Shown one piece after another: positions 1-13,452 of a stretch of 64,000 bases of DNA. Under the pieces are notes generated by a model, which had not been told where the DNA came from, did not search any database, and worked only from the letters and a program-made list of their open reading frames with translations. Numbering within the stretch: the first letter of the stretch is position 1; the number at the start of each line of letters is the position of its first letter. The translations under genes were made by a program, and so were the position numbers. Source of the DNA: the human T2T-CHM13v2.0 reference genome, Homo sapiens; the NCBI RefSeq assembly GCF_009914755.1, contig NC_060931.1; one strand, written 5' to 3'.

Positions 1-110
1 TCTCCCAAACACTGACACTAAACTGGGAAAAGGCTGAGAGACTGAGACAGGAAAAGACACCAGGAAAAGCTGCAGGCATTTTCCCAGGCATGGGAATAAG
101 AGGAAAATGC

Positions 111-407
111 TTTTTTTTTTTTGGAAATGGAGTCTCACTCTGTTGCCCAGGTTGGAGTGCCGTGGCATGATCTTGACTCACTGCAACCTCCTGCCTCCCG
201 GGTTCAAGTGATTCTCCTGCCTCAGCCTCCTGAGTAGCTGCGATTACAGGCGCCCACCACCACACCTGGCTAATTTCTGTATTTCTAGTAGAGACGGGGT
301 TTACACCATGTTGGCCAGGCTGGTCTTGAACTTCTGACCTCAAGTCATCCACCTGCCTTGGCCTCTCAAAGTGCTGGGATTACAGGCTTGAGCTACCACA
401 CCCAGCC
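111..407 (-). mobile_element. AluS-family SINE inserted in the L1 5'UTR
   Basis: Poly-T followed by reverse-complement Alu dimer ending ...CACACCCAGCC. Confidence 0.95.
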
Positions 408-2915
408 AGAGGATGCCATTTCTAATCTGGGCTCATGCAAAGTAAGTCACTGTTTGGCAACCTGGCAGCAGCAGCCATTGCAGGCATTTTAGTCTCAGGC
501 CAGAGATTGAAGCACTTGCCCTGGAGTGGGGAAAGGACCCTCACAGTCAGAATTGAGTGGCGAGTGTGGAAAGCACCCAAGCAGCAAGCACTGAAATTAG
601 ACTTTCCCATCACAGGACTGGAGCAGGAAGAGACTTGTGAAGCTGAGGTTTCTCCTAGGATGCAAGACTTGCAGCCAGGGACAGCTCTGCGACTTAAAAC
701 TGGTCTATGTGTGTCACTGCTGGGCACCCCAGTCTGCTTTCATGGACAGTTCAGGGAGAGTGTCTCACTAGTTCTGAGGAGCGGGAGGGAGGCAGACTCC
801 ACTCCCATGGAGATCTAACCCTTGGCAGGGACTGCCCCTGAGGGAGAAGGGAGAGCACCCCACCAAAACCCACCTTGGGTCAAAGGAAACACAAGTGTGG
901 TGCCAGCCACAAAAGGAGGGACCACCAAAATCTGGGAATGAACTTGAAGAGGGGGTAATCTCTTAATCCCCACCACTCCCCAGTGCACTGTTGCAGAGAC
1001 AGCAGTGGCTCTTCCCACTGGGGTCCAGGGAACGGGGTCTGAAAGGGGCCATTTCTTAGACTTCTCCAGAAGCTTCACCCTCACCAAAGGTGAGCACACC
1101 CTCACCAAAGGTGGAGCACTTTTCAGGCTTCTCCACCGCCTCCACCTCTGCTGAGGGTAAGCATGTGCAGAGTTAAGAGCCCACCTGCCAATTCTTAATC
1201 TTAAGTGCCACCTACTGGACTGCAGCCTAAATCATAACACCAAACAAAAATATGTTGCTACAATAAACAATATCTGACAAAACCACCATACGAATTTATC
1301 TGCAACCAAGGAACCCATACAGAGCCTTGGCCCTCTGAAAGCACCCAGAAACAAAGCCAACTGATCACAAGCAACATACGTCAGTCATACCCTCAAGGGA
1401 AAACAGAATTTAAAAATCAAAAAGCCCGAGCCAAACAATAGCAAATTAACAAAAAAAAAAAAAAAAAAGCAGCAGCATCGGCTCCCTCAGATGAGAAGGA
1501 ACCAGCACAAGAACTCCGACAATACAAAAGCCAGTGTTTTGTCACATCCAAAGGATCACACTAGCTCCCTAGCAATGGATCCTAACCAGAATGAAATATC
1601 TGAAATGACAGTATAAAATTCAGAATATATATGGAGCAAAGAAACTCAATGAGGTCCAAGAGAAAGATGAAATCCAACACAAAGAAGCCAGAAAAACAAT
1701 CCAATTCAAAAGATGACATAGCTGTATTAAGAAAGAACCAAACAGAACGTCTGGAATTGAAAAATTTCAAAATACAGTTGGAAGCCTTAGGAATAGACTA
1801 GACCAAGCAGAAGAAAGAGTTTCAAAGTTCAAAGGCCGATCCTGCAAATCCACCCAGTCAGACAAAAGAAAAAAGAATTTAAGGAAATGGGAGAAAAAAA
1901 AAAAAGACTTCGAGAAATACAGGATTATGTAATGCAATCAAACCTATGCCTTATTGGCATTCTTGAAAAAGATGAAAGTAAGCAACTTGGAAAACACATT
2001 TGAGGAAATAATTCGGGAAAATTTCACCAATCTGTCTATAGAGATCAACATACAGATACAAAAAAATTCCAGAGAAATCCTGCAAGATACTGTACAAGAT
2101 GACAATCTGCAAGACACATAGTAATCAGACCATCCAAAATAGAAAAAATCTTCAAGGCAGCTAGAGAAAAGAGCCATATTACCTATAAAGGCAAACCCAT
2201 CAAACTAACAGCGGACTTCTCAGCAGAAATTTTACAAGCCAGAAGAGACAGGGGGCCCATTTTAAGCATTCTTAAAGAAAAGAAATGCCAGCCAAAAATG
2301 TCATATCCCACCAAACTAAGCTTCATAAGTGAACAAGAAATAAAGTCCTTCCCAGACAGTCACTAAAGAAATTTGCCACCATGAGACTGGCCCTACAAGA
2401 GAAGCTTAAGGGGGTTCTAAACATGAAAACAAAATAACAATACTTGCTGTCACAAAAGCACACGTAAGCACATGGTCTCCAGACCCCATAAAACAACTAA
2501 CAATCAAGATTATAAAGCCAACTAGCTAACAACACTATGGCAGGAACAAAACCTCACATATCAGTATTACCCTTGAATGTAAATGGAATAAACACTCCAC
2601 TTAAAAGACACAGAATGGCAATTGGGCAAACAAAGACCCATTCTTTTACTACCTTTAAGAGACTCATCTCACATGTAATGACACCCATAGGCTCAAAATA
2701 AATGGTTGAAGAAGGATCTATCACACAAATGGAAAACAAAAAAGATAGAGGGATTGCTATTCTTGTATCAAATAAAACAAACTTTAAACCAAAAACACTA
2801 AAAAAGGACAAAGAAGAGCATTATATTATGATAAAGGTTCATCAACAGGAAGATGTAACTGTCCTCAATATACACACACCCAACATTGGAGCACCCAGAT
2901 TTATAAAATTACTAC

Positions 2916-3350
2916 TGTTAGGGACAAGCTGCCCCAGGACCCCCGCCCCTCTATGCAGCTGACCCTTACCCTGAATACTCTGCAGCTGCATTCCTGAACC
3001 CTTACCTAGGCGCCACAGCAAGGTCACCAGACTTGCTGAGCAAAACCCTGATTACAGCCCCCTGGGCGGCACTGGGGAGGTCACAAGAAACCTGGATAAA
3101 CCTAAGTTACACCCTCTTGTAAATTCCTATATTGTAAGCCCATCAATGGTATGCGGTAAAGTCAACCGACAAACAACCCCAGGGTCTCTCTCCCCCATAT
3201 AAACACCACACTTTTTAAGATCAGGGCTGCCTCCTCTGACTGTGGTGGAGCAGCCCAACAGGTGAAGGAACTTACTCACCTGACCTTGGAGGTGTGTCTC
3301 TGTCTGTCTGTCTGTCTCTCTCTCTCGTCCTTTCTTTCAGCTAACCTACA
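2916..3350 (+). mobile_element. Solo ERV LTR (435 bp) inserted in L1 ORF2
   Basis: Begins TG(TTAGGGAC), ends (CCTA)CA; 5-bp TSD ACTAC at 2911-2915 and 3351-3355; CATATAAA TATA-like box ~3197; L1 sequence resumes afterwards. Family not assigned. Confidence 0.85.
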
Positions 3351-5556
3351 ACTACTACACCTAAAACAAGACTTAGACAGTCACACAATAATAGGGACTT
3401 CAACATCCAACTGACAACATAAGATAGATCAACAAGGCAGAAAACTAACCAAAAAATCCTTAAGTTAATTTGACACTTGACCAATTGGACCTAAGAGACA
3501 TCTACAGGACACTTAACCCAATGACTGCAGAGTACACATTCTTCTCATCTGCACACAGAACATACTCTAAGACTGTCCACATTGCTCTGTCACAAAGCAA
3601 GTTTCAACAAATTCAAAACAACTGAAATCATACCAAGTATCTTCTCAGACTACAGTGGAATAAAAATAGAAATTAATACCAAGATGACTCTCAAAACCAC
3701 AAAAAAATACATGGAAACTAAACATCCTGCTCCTGAATGACTTTTGGGTAAACAAGAAAATTATGACAGAAAACAAAATCATTTGTTAAAAAATGAAAAC
3801 AGGCCAAAACCTCTGGGTTGCGACAAACACAGTGTTAAGAGGACTAGACAGCACTAAACGTCTACACCAAGGAGATAGACAGACGTCCAATTAACAACCT
3901 CACCTCGCACCTAAAAAAACTAGAAAAACAAAAACAAACTCCAAAAACGAGCAGAAGAATAAACTCATAAACTAGAAGAAGAAAGCAAATAACTAAAATC
4001 ACAGCAAAACTCAATGAAATTGAAAGCCAAAAAACATACAAAGGATCAACAAAATCAAAAGTTGGTTATTTGAAAGGATAAATAAGACTGACGGATCATT
4101 AGCTAGCTAAGCAAAGAAAAAGAAGATTCACAAATAACCACAATCAGCCATGAGAAAGGTGACATTACAAGCAACCCAAGAGAAACACAAAAGATCCTCA
4201 GACTACTATAAACATCTGTATGTACATAAACAAGAAAATCTAGAGGAAATGGAAATATTCCTGGAAACTCACAAACTCCCAAAATTGAACTAGGAAAAAA
4301 TGGAAACCCTGAACAGATCGATAACAAGTTCCAAAATTGAATCAGTAACAAAAGAAGAACGTATCAACCAAAAAAAAAAACCCTGGACCAGATGGATTCA
4401 CAGCCAAATTCTACCAGATATACAAAGAAGAGTTAGTAACAATCCTACTGAAACTATTCTCAAAAAAACTAGGAGGAGGGATTCCTCCCTAACTCATTCT
4501 ACAAAACCAGAATCATCCTGATACCAATTTCTGGCAAAGACACAGCAAAAAAGGAAAACTATAGGCCAATATCCCTTATGAACACAGACGCAAAAATCCT
4601 CAACAAAATACTAGCAAACTGAACCCAACAACATATGAAAAAGAAAATTCACCTCCATCAAGTGGGCTTTATTCTTGGCATGCAAGGATGGTTCAACATA
4701 TGCAAATCAATAAATGTGATTCACCATATAAACAGCATTAAAAACAAAAACCACATATGATCACCTCAATATATTCAGAAAAAGCATTCAGTAAAATCCA
4801 ACATCTCTTCAAGATAAAACCCTTCACAAACTAGGCATCAAAGGATCATACCTCAAAATAGTAAGAGCCATCTATGACACACCCACAGCCAACATCATCA
4901 TAAATGGGCAAAAGCTGGAAGCATTCCCCTAAGAACTGGAGCAAAACAAGGATGTCCACTCTTGCCACTCCTATTTAACATAGTACCAGAAGTCTTAGAG
5001 CAATCCGGCAAGGAAAAGAAAGAAAACGCATCCAAATAGAAAAAGAAGAAGTCAAATAATTTCCCTTTGCTGACCATATGATTCTATACCTAGAAAACTC
5101 TAAAGATTCTGCCAAAAGACTCCTAGACCCGATATACAACTTCAGTAAAGTTTCAGGATACAAAAATCAATATTATTTCTATAGACCAATAACATTCAAG
5201 CCAAAAACCAAATCAAGAACACAATCCCATTTGCAACAGCAATAAAAAGAAAAAAATACCTAGGAATACAGCTAATCAAGGAAGTGAACGACCTCTACAA
5301 ACAGAACTATAAAACACAGCAGAAATATGTCAGAGAAGACACAAACAGGAAAAAAAAAAATCCATGGTCATGGAATAGAAGAATCAATACTGTTAAAACG
5401 GCCATAGTGCCCAAAGCAATCTACAGATTCAATGCAATTCCTATCAAAGTGTCAACATCATTTTTCACAGAGTTAGAAGAAACTATTCTAAAATTCATAT
5501 GAACTACAAAAGAGCCTGAATAGCCAAAGCAATCCTAAGCAAAAGAAAATAGGTAT

Positions 5557-5606
5557 CACATTACCTGACTTAAAACTATACCACATTACCTGACTTAAAA
5601 CTATAC
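5557..5606 (+). repeat. Perfect 25-bp tandem duplication in L1 ORF2
   Basis: CACATTACCTGACTTAAAACTATAC x2. Confidence 0.9.
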
Positions 5607-7537
5607 AAGGCTACAACAATCAAAACACCATGGTACTGGTATGAAAACAGACACACAGACCAGAATAGAGAACCCAGAAATAAAGCCACACACCTACAAC
5701 CAACTGACCTTCGACAACATCGACAAAAATAAACAATGGGGAAAGGACCTCCTAGTCAATAAACAGTGCTGGGAAAACTGGTTAACCTCATACAAAAGAA
5801 ACTGGACTACCTCTCACCATGTATAAAAACTAACTCAAAATGAATTAAAGACCTAAAACTGTAAAAACCCTAGAACAAAACCTAGGAAATACGCTTCTGA
5901 ACATTGGCTTAGCCAAAGAATTTATAAGTCCTCAAAAGCAAATGCAACAATACCAAAAATTGACAACTGAGACATAATTAAACTAAAGACCTTCTGCACA
6001 GCAAAAGAAACTATCAACAGAGTAAACAGACAACCTACAGAATGGGAGAAAACATTCGCAAACTATAAATCTGACAAAGGAATAATATCCAGAATCCGTA
6101 AGAAACTTAAGATGAATCAACAAGAAAAAAAAAAAAATTTAAAAATGGGCAAAGGATATGAACAGCCACTTCTCAAAAGACATACAAGCAGCCAACATAT
6201 TTTTTAAAATGCTTATGACTAATCATTAGAGAAAAGCAAATGAGGTATCATCTCACATCAGTCAAAATGACTATTATTAAAAAGTCAAAAAATAACAGAT
6301 GTTTGTGAGGTTATGGAGAAAAAGGAAATGTTAATACACTGTTGGAAGTAAATTAGTTCAGCCCCTGTAGAAAGCAGTTTAGATATTTCTTAAAGAACTA
6401 AAAATGTAATTACCACTGGACCCCACAATCCCATTACTGGGTATTTACCCAAAAGAAAATGAATCTTTCTACCAAAAGGTAATCTGCACTCATATGTTTA
6501 TCACAGTACTATTCACAATAGCAAAGGCATGGAATTAACCTAGATGCCCATCAATGGTGGACTGGATAAAGAAAATGTGGTACATATACTACGCAGCCAC
6601 AAAAGAGAATGAAATCATGTCCTTTGCAGCAACATGGATGCAGGTGGAGGCCATTGTCCTAAGCAAAATTAACACAAAAACAGAAAACTAACTACCATGT
6701 TCTCACTTAAAAGTAGGAGCTAAACATTGGGTACACACGGACACAAAGACGGGACCAAAAGACACTGGCCACTGCAAAAGAGGGGAAGAATGGAGGGAGC
6801 CAAGGGTTGAAAAACTACTTATTTAGTGCTGTGTTCACTATTTGGCTGATGGAGTCAATAGAAGTCCAAACCTCAGCAATGCACAAAATACCCATGTAAC
6901 AAACCTGCACATTTATCCCCTGAACTTAAAATAATTTGAAAAACAAAAATAGTTGGTCCATATACACCTAAAAATCAGAAAAGCCATAAATACTAAATAA
7001 CCTACTTAGTGTTCTCACCACCCTATTATAAGGTGACATACTATAGCAAAGTCAAATAAAAGCCAAAATTTTCCTCAGAAAGCAGCTTCGAATATATTCC
7101 AACATAACTAATGTTGTCCTGAGTTACCAGAATTTCATACCATACAGTTCAGTAGAAATAATTTTGGTTAGAAATTCTCAGCCAAATGATGTCACCTACA
7201 ATAGCCAAAGAAAAATCTTAATAGCATTCCTACAAATAGTCTGAAACTGTATCTATAAAACACAACTTAGAAATGTACCCCTAGATGACAGACAATTGAT
7301 CTAATGTGCAGAGTTCTATAACAAATACCCGAGTTTTAGAAAAATTGATACTATTCATATCCACCTAAACATCAGATAAGTCAATGAAAGCAACTCAGGA
7401 GGAGGAAAGCGAAACAAGCATCATTTAACGTAATTGCTCTTCAGTTTTTATCTTGCACATCTAAAACATCTAAAACATGAATACAAAAGATACATTATAA
7501 AAATGTATGTCACTCAGCTACTAAAAGTTTACTTTTG

Positions 7538-7712
7538 GGCTGGACAGGGTAGCTCACACCTGTAATCCCAGGACTTTGGGAGGCCAAGGCAGTAGGATCA
7601 TTTGAGGCCAGGAGTTCAAAACCAGCCTAGGCAACAGTGTAAGACCCCCATCTCTAAATAAATTAATTAAATTAATGAATGAGTAAAGAATAAAATTTTA
7701 AAAAGAAAAAAA
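7538..7712 (+). mobile_element. FLAM-type Alu monomer
   Basis: Left-monomer Alu sequence, A-rich tail, degenerate TSD AAAAGT(T/A)..CTTTTG. Confidence 0.85.
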
Positions 7713-9339
7713 AGTATCCTTTTGATGTGGCCTAAATCCCCATGACTTAAAACAGGCTTCATCTATCTGGTGTCATAGCCTCAAAAAGTTACCTTGCGTT
7801 TCACAATTCAAACACAGGTGAAATAAGATCGCTATACGCAAAATAGACTAATGTTTAAAAGTATAAAAGCTTTAATCATGATATCTATTTCGCTTAGTAA
7901 AAGCACATGGGTTTTAATTACTAGTTAACATGATATACTATAATTATGTGAAAGTCTTGTTTTCACTTAGCAATTTTCTTATTTCTAAAACAAACTGTTA
8001 CCAAATTTACCATTTTACTACTTACCTTATTCTGACCAAAAATATATTTGAATATTTTTGAGAAGGTTTGAATGAACTCTTCATTCAAAAGCAATTTCAT
8101 AGTTCTCTTGCATAACTAGAGTAGCTCTTAAAGCCTACACATACACTGTACTTTTAAAAGCTTTCTTTAATTGTAAAAGAAAAATAAATTTGAAGCACTC
8201 TGTGGGCGGTGATGTCTGATGCTCTTATATTTCAAAGTTTAACAGTGAAAAAATACAGAAATCAAGTTACGTGTCAAATTAATAAAATGAGTTGCAGTTA
8301 ACCCATTTATTCTTACAAAAACTTTGAATCAGTGCAGCAATTATAAATTTCCAGCCCCATATACCGTTTATACTTTAATCTAAGTAAGAGGGTTCTTTGT
8401 GAATTTCACTTTGATTCTCTATGCATAAAAATTCTAATGCATAAATAAGAAGAGTTTGCCTAGATAATATATAAGGCCCTTTTTCACTCTAAGTCTATAT
8501 CATTTCTTGTATGTTGAAAAAGTGAAACCTATAAATAGTTGCTCACAAATCTAGAACTGGACAATTTAAAGTGTTCCTGAAAAGTATGAAGTATAAAAGT
8601 AAAGAAATAGTAAAGGCTTTGCCATCATTTGGTGCAGCAGCGTGTACTCAGCCAAGCAGCGCACTGGAGTGAGAAGAACAAATCTGACCAAACCTTAAGA
8701 CTTCACAGCCTCCCCCGCCAGTGTTAGAAAAGACTCCAACCACTATCAGGAGCCTGTGGGACAACAGCCCCAAACTCTAGGGCTCTCCTTAGATCTTGCA
8801 CAATCAATCCAAACCCCTTACCAGAGGATACAAGGATAGGACTTCCTATGAAATTCAGTCTATCAAGGTCTGGACTGACTCCTAAGAACTGTATACCCAA
8901 TTCCCAATTATTGGGCACTACAGGACTGCTGGATGTGTTCTCTAGACTAATAATGAACCCACTAAGCCTTGTTATCCTTGTTCATCATAGAGAGATAAAT
9001 ACATTCAGTTATCGATTCTCTCCTACACTCTGACCACTGTACTGTTCTTGCTTTTTCCTCCCTTATACAATTTCCCAGTGATTCCATCCCTCCTAAACTT
9101 TCCCTCTAGGATCACTCTGTTCCAAAGTCAAAACAAACACTTCCATATCCCCGACAACTTCACTATTTTTGCTTCAAGTAAAAGCTGCTTCTCCTGCAGC
9201 TCTCTCAAACAAAGGCTGCTTATTCTTTCATTAATCATGTACCCAACTTCAGAATGTAGGGTCACGATCAAAACCATAACTCCCAGCCCATTTCCTGTAA
9301 AAGCCCCTGTTGTTCCTGTATAATTCCTGCCCATTAGCA

Positions 9340-9531
9340 TTACCTGGGGAAGTAGGGGGATTTTAAAATCCCACTACCCAGCTTACGCCACATACAAATT
9401 AAATCAAAATAGCTAGGTATGTGAGCCATGCATCAGAATTTCCAATGTTCAGGAAAGCTGATATAAGAGCATTGTTAGTTTGTGAAGTTCCCCAGATGAT
9501 TGCAATATGCAGTTACTTTTGAGAACCACCG
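9340..9531. mobile_element. MER5A-like hAT-Charlie DNA transposon relic
   Basis: ...TTCCCCAGATGATTGCAATATGCAG...TTGAGAACCAC end typical of MER5. Confidence 0.6.
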
Positions 9532-9872
9532 ATGTATGCACTACTAATCCATAAACATTCTTCTCTATCAGGAATGCTGAATAACCTTCAGTTATTTTAA
9601 CATACATGTGGATAATCCATCAAATATGCTACTTTTAATATCATAAGCATTTCACCTCCACCAACATTCACTACAACTTCACTTTAGACACTACAAGACC
9701 ACACACCCTCATTTACATAACCCACTTCTGTACTCACTTTCCTATCTAGATTGGACTCCATGGTTCACCATTCCAACCATTCTCTAGCAAATATCCTCAT
9801 TTATCACATTATGTTGGAACTGCCTGCCTACTAATGGAGTAAACAGGTCACACAGGCAGTGAGCACAGGGTT

Positions 9873-10065
9873 ACAAATACTCATTTCCACTTTTGGAGGA
9901 GTCCTGTTCTAGTTGCGGCTAGCCAGGGAGAATACTCACAACAGGGCAGTGGAAGAGGACACTGCAGAATTTAAAGCTAGTGGGGTCTTAGTTTCCACTA
10001 CAAAGCACAGCAGTTGTTAATTATTCAGCACTGCTACATGTAAACCCAAGCCCCCACTGCCCTCA
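9873..10065. repeat. Copy 1 of a dispersed ~195-bp direct duplication
   Basis: Closely similar to 11382-11582 (shared GGGCAGTGGAAGAGGACACTGCAGAATTTAAAG and GTAAACCCAAGCCCCCACTGCCCTCA). Confidence 0.9.
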
Positions 10066-11381
10066 TGTATATACCACATACTGTAAGTCTCCTGAGGGCA
10101 TAAACTGTGTATGTTTTGTTCAGTGTTGTCTCATGCCAAGTATAACAACATCTGCCACACAAAGTAGGCTCCCAGTAAGTATGTGTTAACTAAGTAAAAC
10201 AAAAATAGAGTAGAACTTCTGATTAATCATCTAAACCAATGTTTTCTAAATCGAGATTTTTTTCTTCAGTGAACATCTTCACAAGTTTATTTTCCTTTCT
10301 GATCATTAATTGGCATCATAACATTTATGTTCAGCTTGACCCTGGTTTCTGTATCCAGTCAATTCACTGGGCAACTACTATCTTCAGAGCAGAAAGAAAG
10401 GGAGAAGATTTAGAGTACGAAGTGTAGCAATAAACAAAAACTACTGGGAAAAAAAAGATAAAGAGAAAATTATCAAGGCAGAAAAACATAATTCACAACA
10501 CTACCTTTAAGAGTAATTTTTTAAAATGTAATGAAAAATCATATGTGCTTACTCAGAAAAAGGTATGAAAGTAGACATGCAGACTGTTTTTAAAATGAAA
10601 ACGGTAAACAATATTTTAACTTTACTTAATACACTTTCACACTGGTTTACTTTTCAAGTAGCAGGTAGTATTATAAACAAAAAAATGCATTGCAAATAAT
10701 ATTTTATTTTTAGATAGCACATACCACTTTTCTACAAAGAACACACCACATGGTTAACTCATTTACATTCAGTTAACACTCATTTAAAATATTTAAGTGA
10801 AGGCATTACTCCTAACATTTATTTCTACCATGCAAAAGTCATAAGGCTGTCCCAAAACTTGTACTCCACCACGTGAAAAAACATGAAATATCCTGTTTGA
10901 GAAAGCAAAACAAGAAAGTTGGTCCAAATTGTGGTAATAATCAGGAAAAATAACTTACTATACACAGGATCTTTAAAACAGACTTGTATATAGAAAGTTT
11001 TAAAAAGAAAATGAATATGTATTTATATACTGTCAAGGTTTAACTATTTAAATGGCAAATAAAACTTTTAAAACCCCTCAATGAGAAAAGGTGTAACATT
11101 AGGAAGGTGGTAGCAATGAGGGCAAACAGACTGCTGCCAAGTGACTCTGTTAAGAGGCAGCTGGACCAAAAACAGACGATCCTCAAGAATACCATGATTT
11201 GAGCTATAATTCTTAGACCTGGAGTGTTGCTAAAAGAACGGGTCAGCCCAGTAGGGATCTCCAAAGCCAAAACCCAGAGAGAATGTGCTGAGAGAAAAAA
11301 TAACAGAAAGCACCCCAATAATCCAGGAGATCATGAAGCAAGGAGAAGAAAACAGATCACATATGCAGGGAGAACAGAGAA

Positions 11382-11582
11382 ACAAATACTAGTTTCTACT
11401 TTTGGGAGTCCTCTTCTTCTCGGAGTTGTGGCTAATCAGGAAGAATACTCACAATAGGGCAGTGGAAGAGGACACTGCAGAATTTAAAGTTACTGGGGTC
11501 TTAGTTTCCACTACAAAGTACACTGGTTGTTGTTAATTATTCGACACTGCTACAAAGTAAACCCAAGCCCCCACTGCCCTCA
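11382..11582. repeat. Copy 2 of a dispersed ~195-bp direct duplication
   Basis: Closely similar to 9873-10065. Confidence 0.9.
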
Positions 11583-11789
11583 AATCCTCAATAAAATATT
11601 CTATAAATATATACACCATCTAGATATGATAGAATTCATCAAAAATACATTTATTCAAAACTCAATTTGGGGAAAACTATAATGGTTTAACTTCAGCTCT
11701 TCTTTTATCTATTTATCTTGTATATATGCTATTTGACACCACTAATGAAGCTAACTTTTTAATGCATTACAGAATTTAAATAATTATCT

Positions 11790-13130
11790 TTTGACACCAA
11801 AAGCAACAAGGTAAACATAAATCAGACTACATCAAAATTAGAAAATCCTGTGCTTAAATGACACCATCAAGAAAATGAAAAGCTGTCCCATAAATGGGAG
11901 AAAATATTTGCAAATCATGTATCTGATTAATAGACTTCTACTCGAAATATACAAAGAATTATTAAAACTGAGTAAGAAACATGAATAACCCAATTTAAAA
12001 ATGGGCACAAGACTTGAATAGACATTTCTCCAAAGAAGATATACAAATGAAATATGAAGATATACACATGAAAAGGTGCTCTCTAGAGGCACTAGAGAGA
12101 TGCAAACAAAAACCACTAAGAGATGCTACTTGCGCTCACCAGGATGACTGTAATCAAGTGTTCTGGAGGATATGGAGAAAACAAAACCTTCCTACACTCC
12201 TGGTAGAAATGTAAAATAGTGCAGCCACTTTGAAAAATAGTTTGCAGTTTCTCAAAAGGTTAAAGAATTACTGTATAACCCAGCAATTCCATTCCTAGGT
12301 ATAGACTCAAAAGAAATGAAAACATATTTCCACAAAAAACACTGTGGAAACACAATACAAATGTTCACAGCAGCATTATTTGTAATGACCAAAAAGCAGA
12401 AATAACCCATATGTCCAGCAACTGATGAAAGGATAAGCAAAATGTAGTATATCCATACAATGGAATGTTACTTGGCAATAAAAATAAATTTGAAGTCCCA
12501 TTACATGATACAACATGGATGAATCTTGAAAACAAGCTAAGTGAAATAAGCCAGTCACAAAGGCCCACATATTGTACAACGCCACTCATATAACATGTTC
12601 AAAACAGGCAAAACCGGCCTGGCACAGTGGCTCACCCCTGTAATCCCAGCACTTTAGGAGGCCAAGGCGGGCAGATCACTTGAGTTCAGCAGTTCAAGAC
12701 CAGCCTGGCCAACATGGTTGAAACCCCATTTCTACTAAAAATACAAAAATTAGCTGGGCATGGTGGCACGTGCCTGGAATTCCTGCTACTCTACTCAGGA
12801 GGCTGAGGCAGGAGAATCACTTGAACCTGGGAGGCAGAGGTTTCAGTGAGCCGATATCATGCCACTGCACTACAGCCTGAGTGAAAAAGTGAGACTCCGT
12901 CTCAAAAAAAATAGGCAAAACCATAAAGACAGATTAGTGATAGCCTGCTGTGTGAAGGAGAAAGAAGTGTGGAGTAAAAGGAGGAGGGGTCTTCAGTTTG
13001 GAGTAATGAGGTACTTCAACTTATTTTGATGACAGATGCCCAACTCTGTGAATATAGCAAAAGCCGTTGAATTGAATGCTTTAGTTAGGTGAATTGCATG
13101 GTATATGAATTATATCTCAATAAAGCTACT
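11790..13130 (+). mobile_element. L1MB-type LINE 3' fragment, interrupted by an Alu
   Basis: ORF2 C-terminal remnant (NRHFSKEDIQM), CCCAGCAATTCCATTCCTAGG, 3' end GTATATGAATTATATCTCAATAAAGCT. Confidence 0.8.
12616..12910 (+). mobile_element. AluS-family SINE
   Basis: Full dimer; TSD A(C/T)AGGCAAAACC on both sides. Confidence 0.95.
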
Positions 13131-13291
13131 TTTCAAATTACAACTAAACAACCCAGAGAAGTAAAATACATAAGCAGAATAGGCTAAAGGACAGACATAC
13201 AGATCAAGGGAACAAAACAGATTCAAGATAAAACAAAATAAAAGCAATTCTAAAAAATAAGTAATTTAAAAAATAAGGTACTATCTCTAGT

Positions 13292-13452
13292 GCAGTGGTT
13301 CTCAGCCAAGGGCAATTTTGCTCCCCATGAGACACTTGGCAATGTATGGAGAAAGTATGGATTATCACACCTTGTTAGGGAAGGCACTATCATAGACCAG
13401 GCCAGGGATGTTGCTAAGCATCCTACAATGCACAGGACAATCTCTCACAACA
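13292..13452 (+). mobile_element. MER20 DNA transposon fragment
   Basis: CAGTGGTTCTCA start; GGCCAGGGATGTTGCTAAGCATCCTACAATGCACAGGACA. Confidence 0.8.

Larger units (their letters stand above)
1..6950 (+). mobile_element. Near full-length old LINE-1 (L1PA16/L1PA17-like), inactive; 5' end may extend beyond the window
   Basis: Long 5'UTR; ORF1 remnant from ATG 1491 (ATGAGAAGGAACCAGCACAAG); ORF2 remnant from ATG 2537 with EN/RT fragments (e.g. [25 protein letters not shown]); 3'UTR ending GTAACAAACCTGCACATTTATCCCCTGAACTTAAAATAA plus A-rich tail; many stops and frameshifts. Antisense to the host gene. Confidence 0.92.

Noticed and set aside
422-5826. Multiple 60-127 aa ORFs
   Set aside because: Fragments or antisense frames of a degraded L1 and its nested LTR.
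8015-8030. Strong minus-strand donor AAG|GTAAGTA as a possible SNX13 internal exon
   Set aside because: No convincing upstream acceptor and no match to the expected exon 2 peptide (ASLSIWGW).
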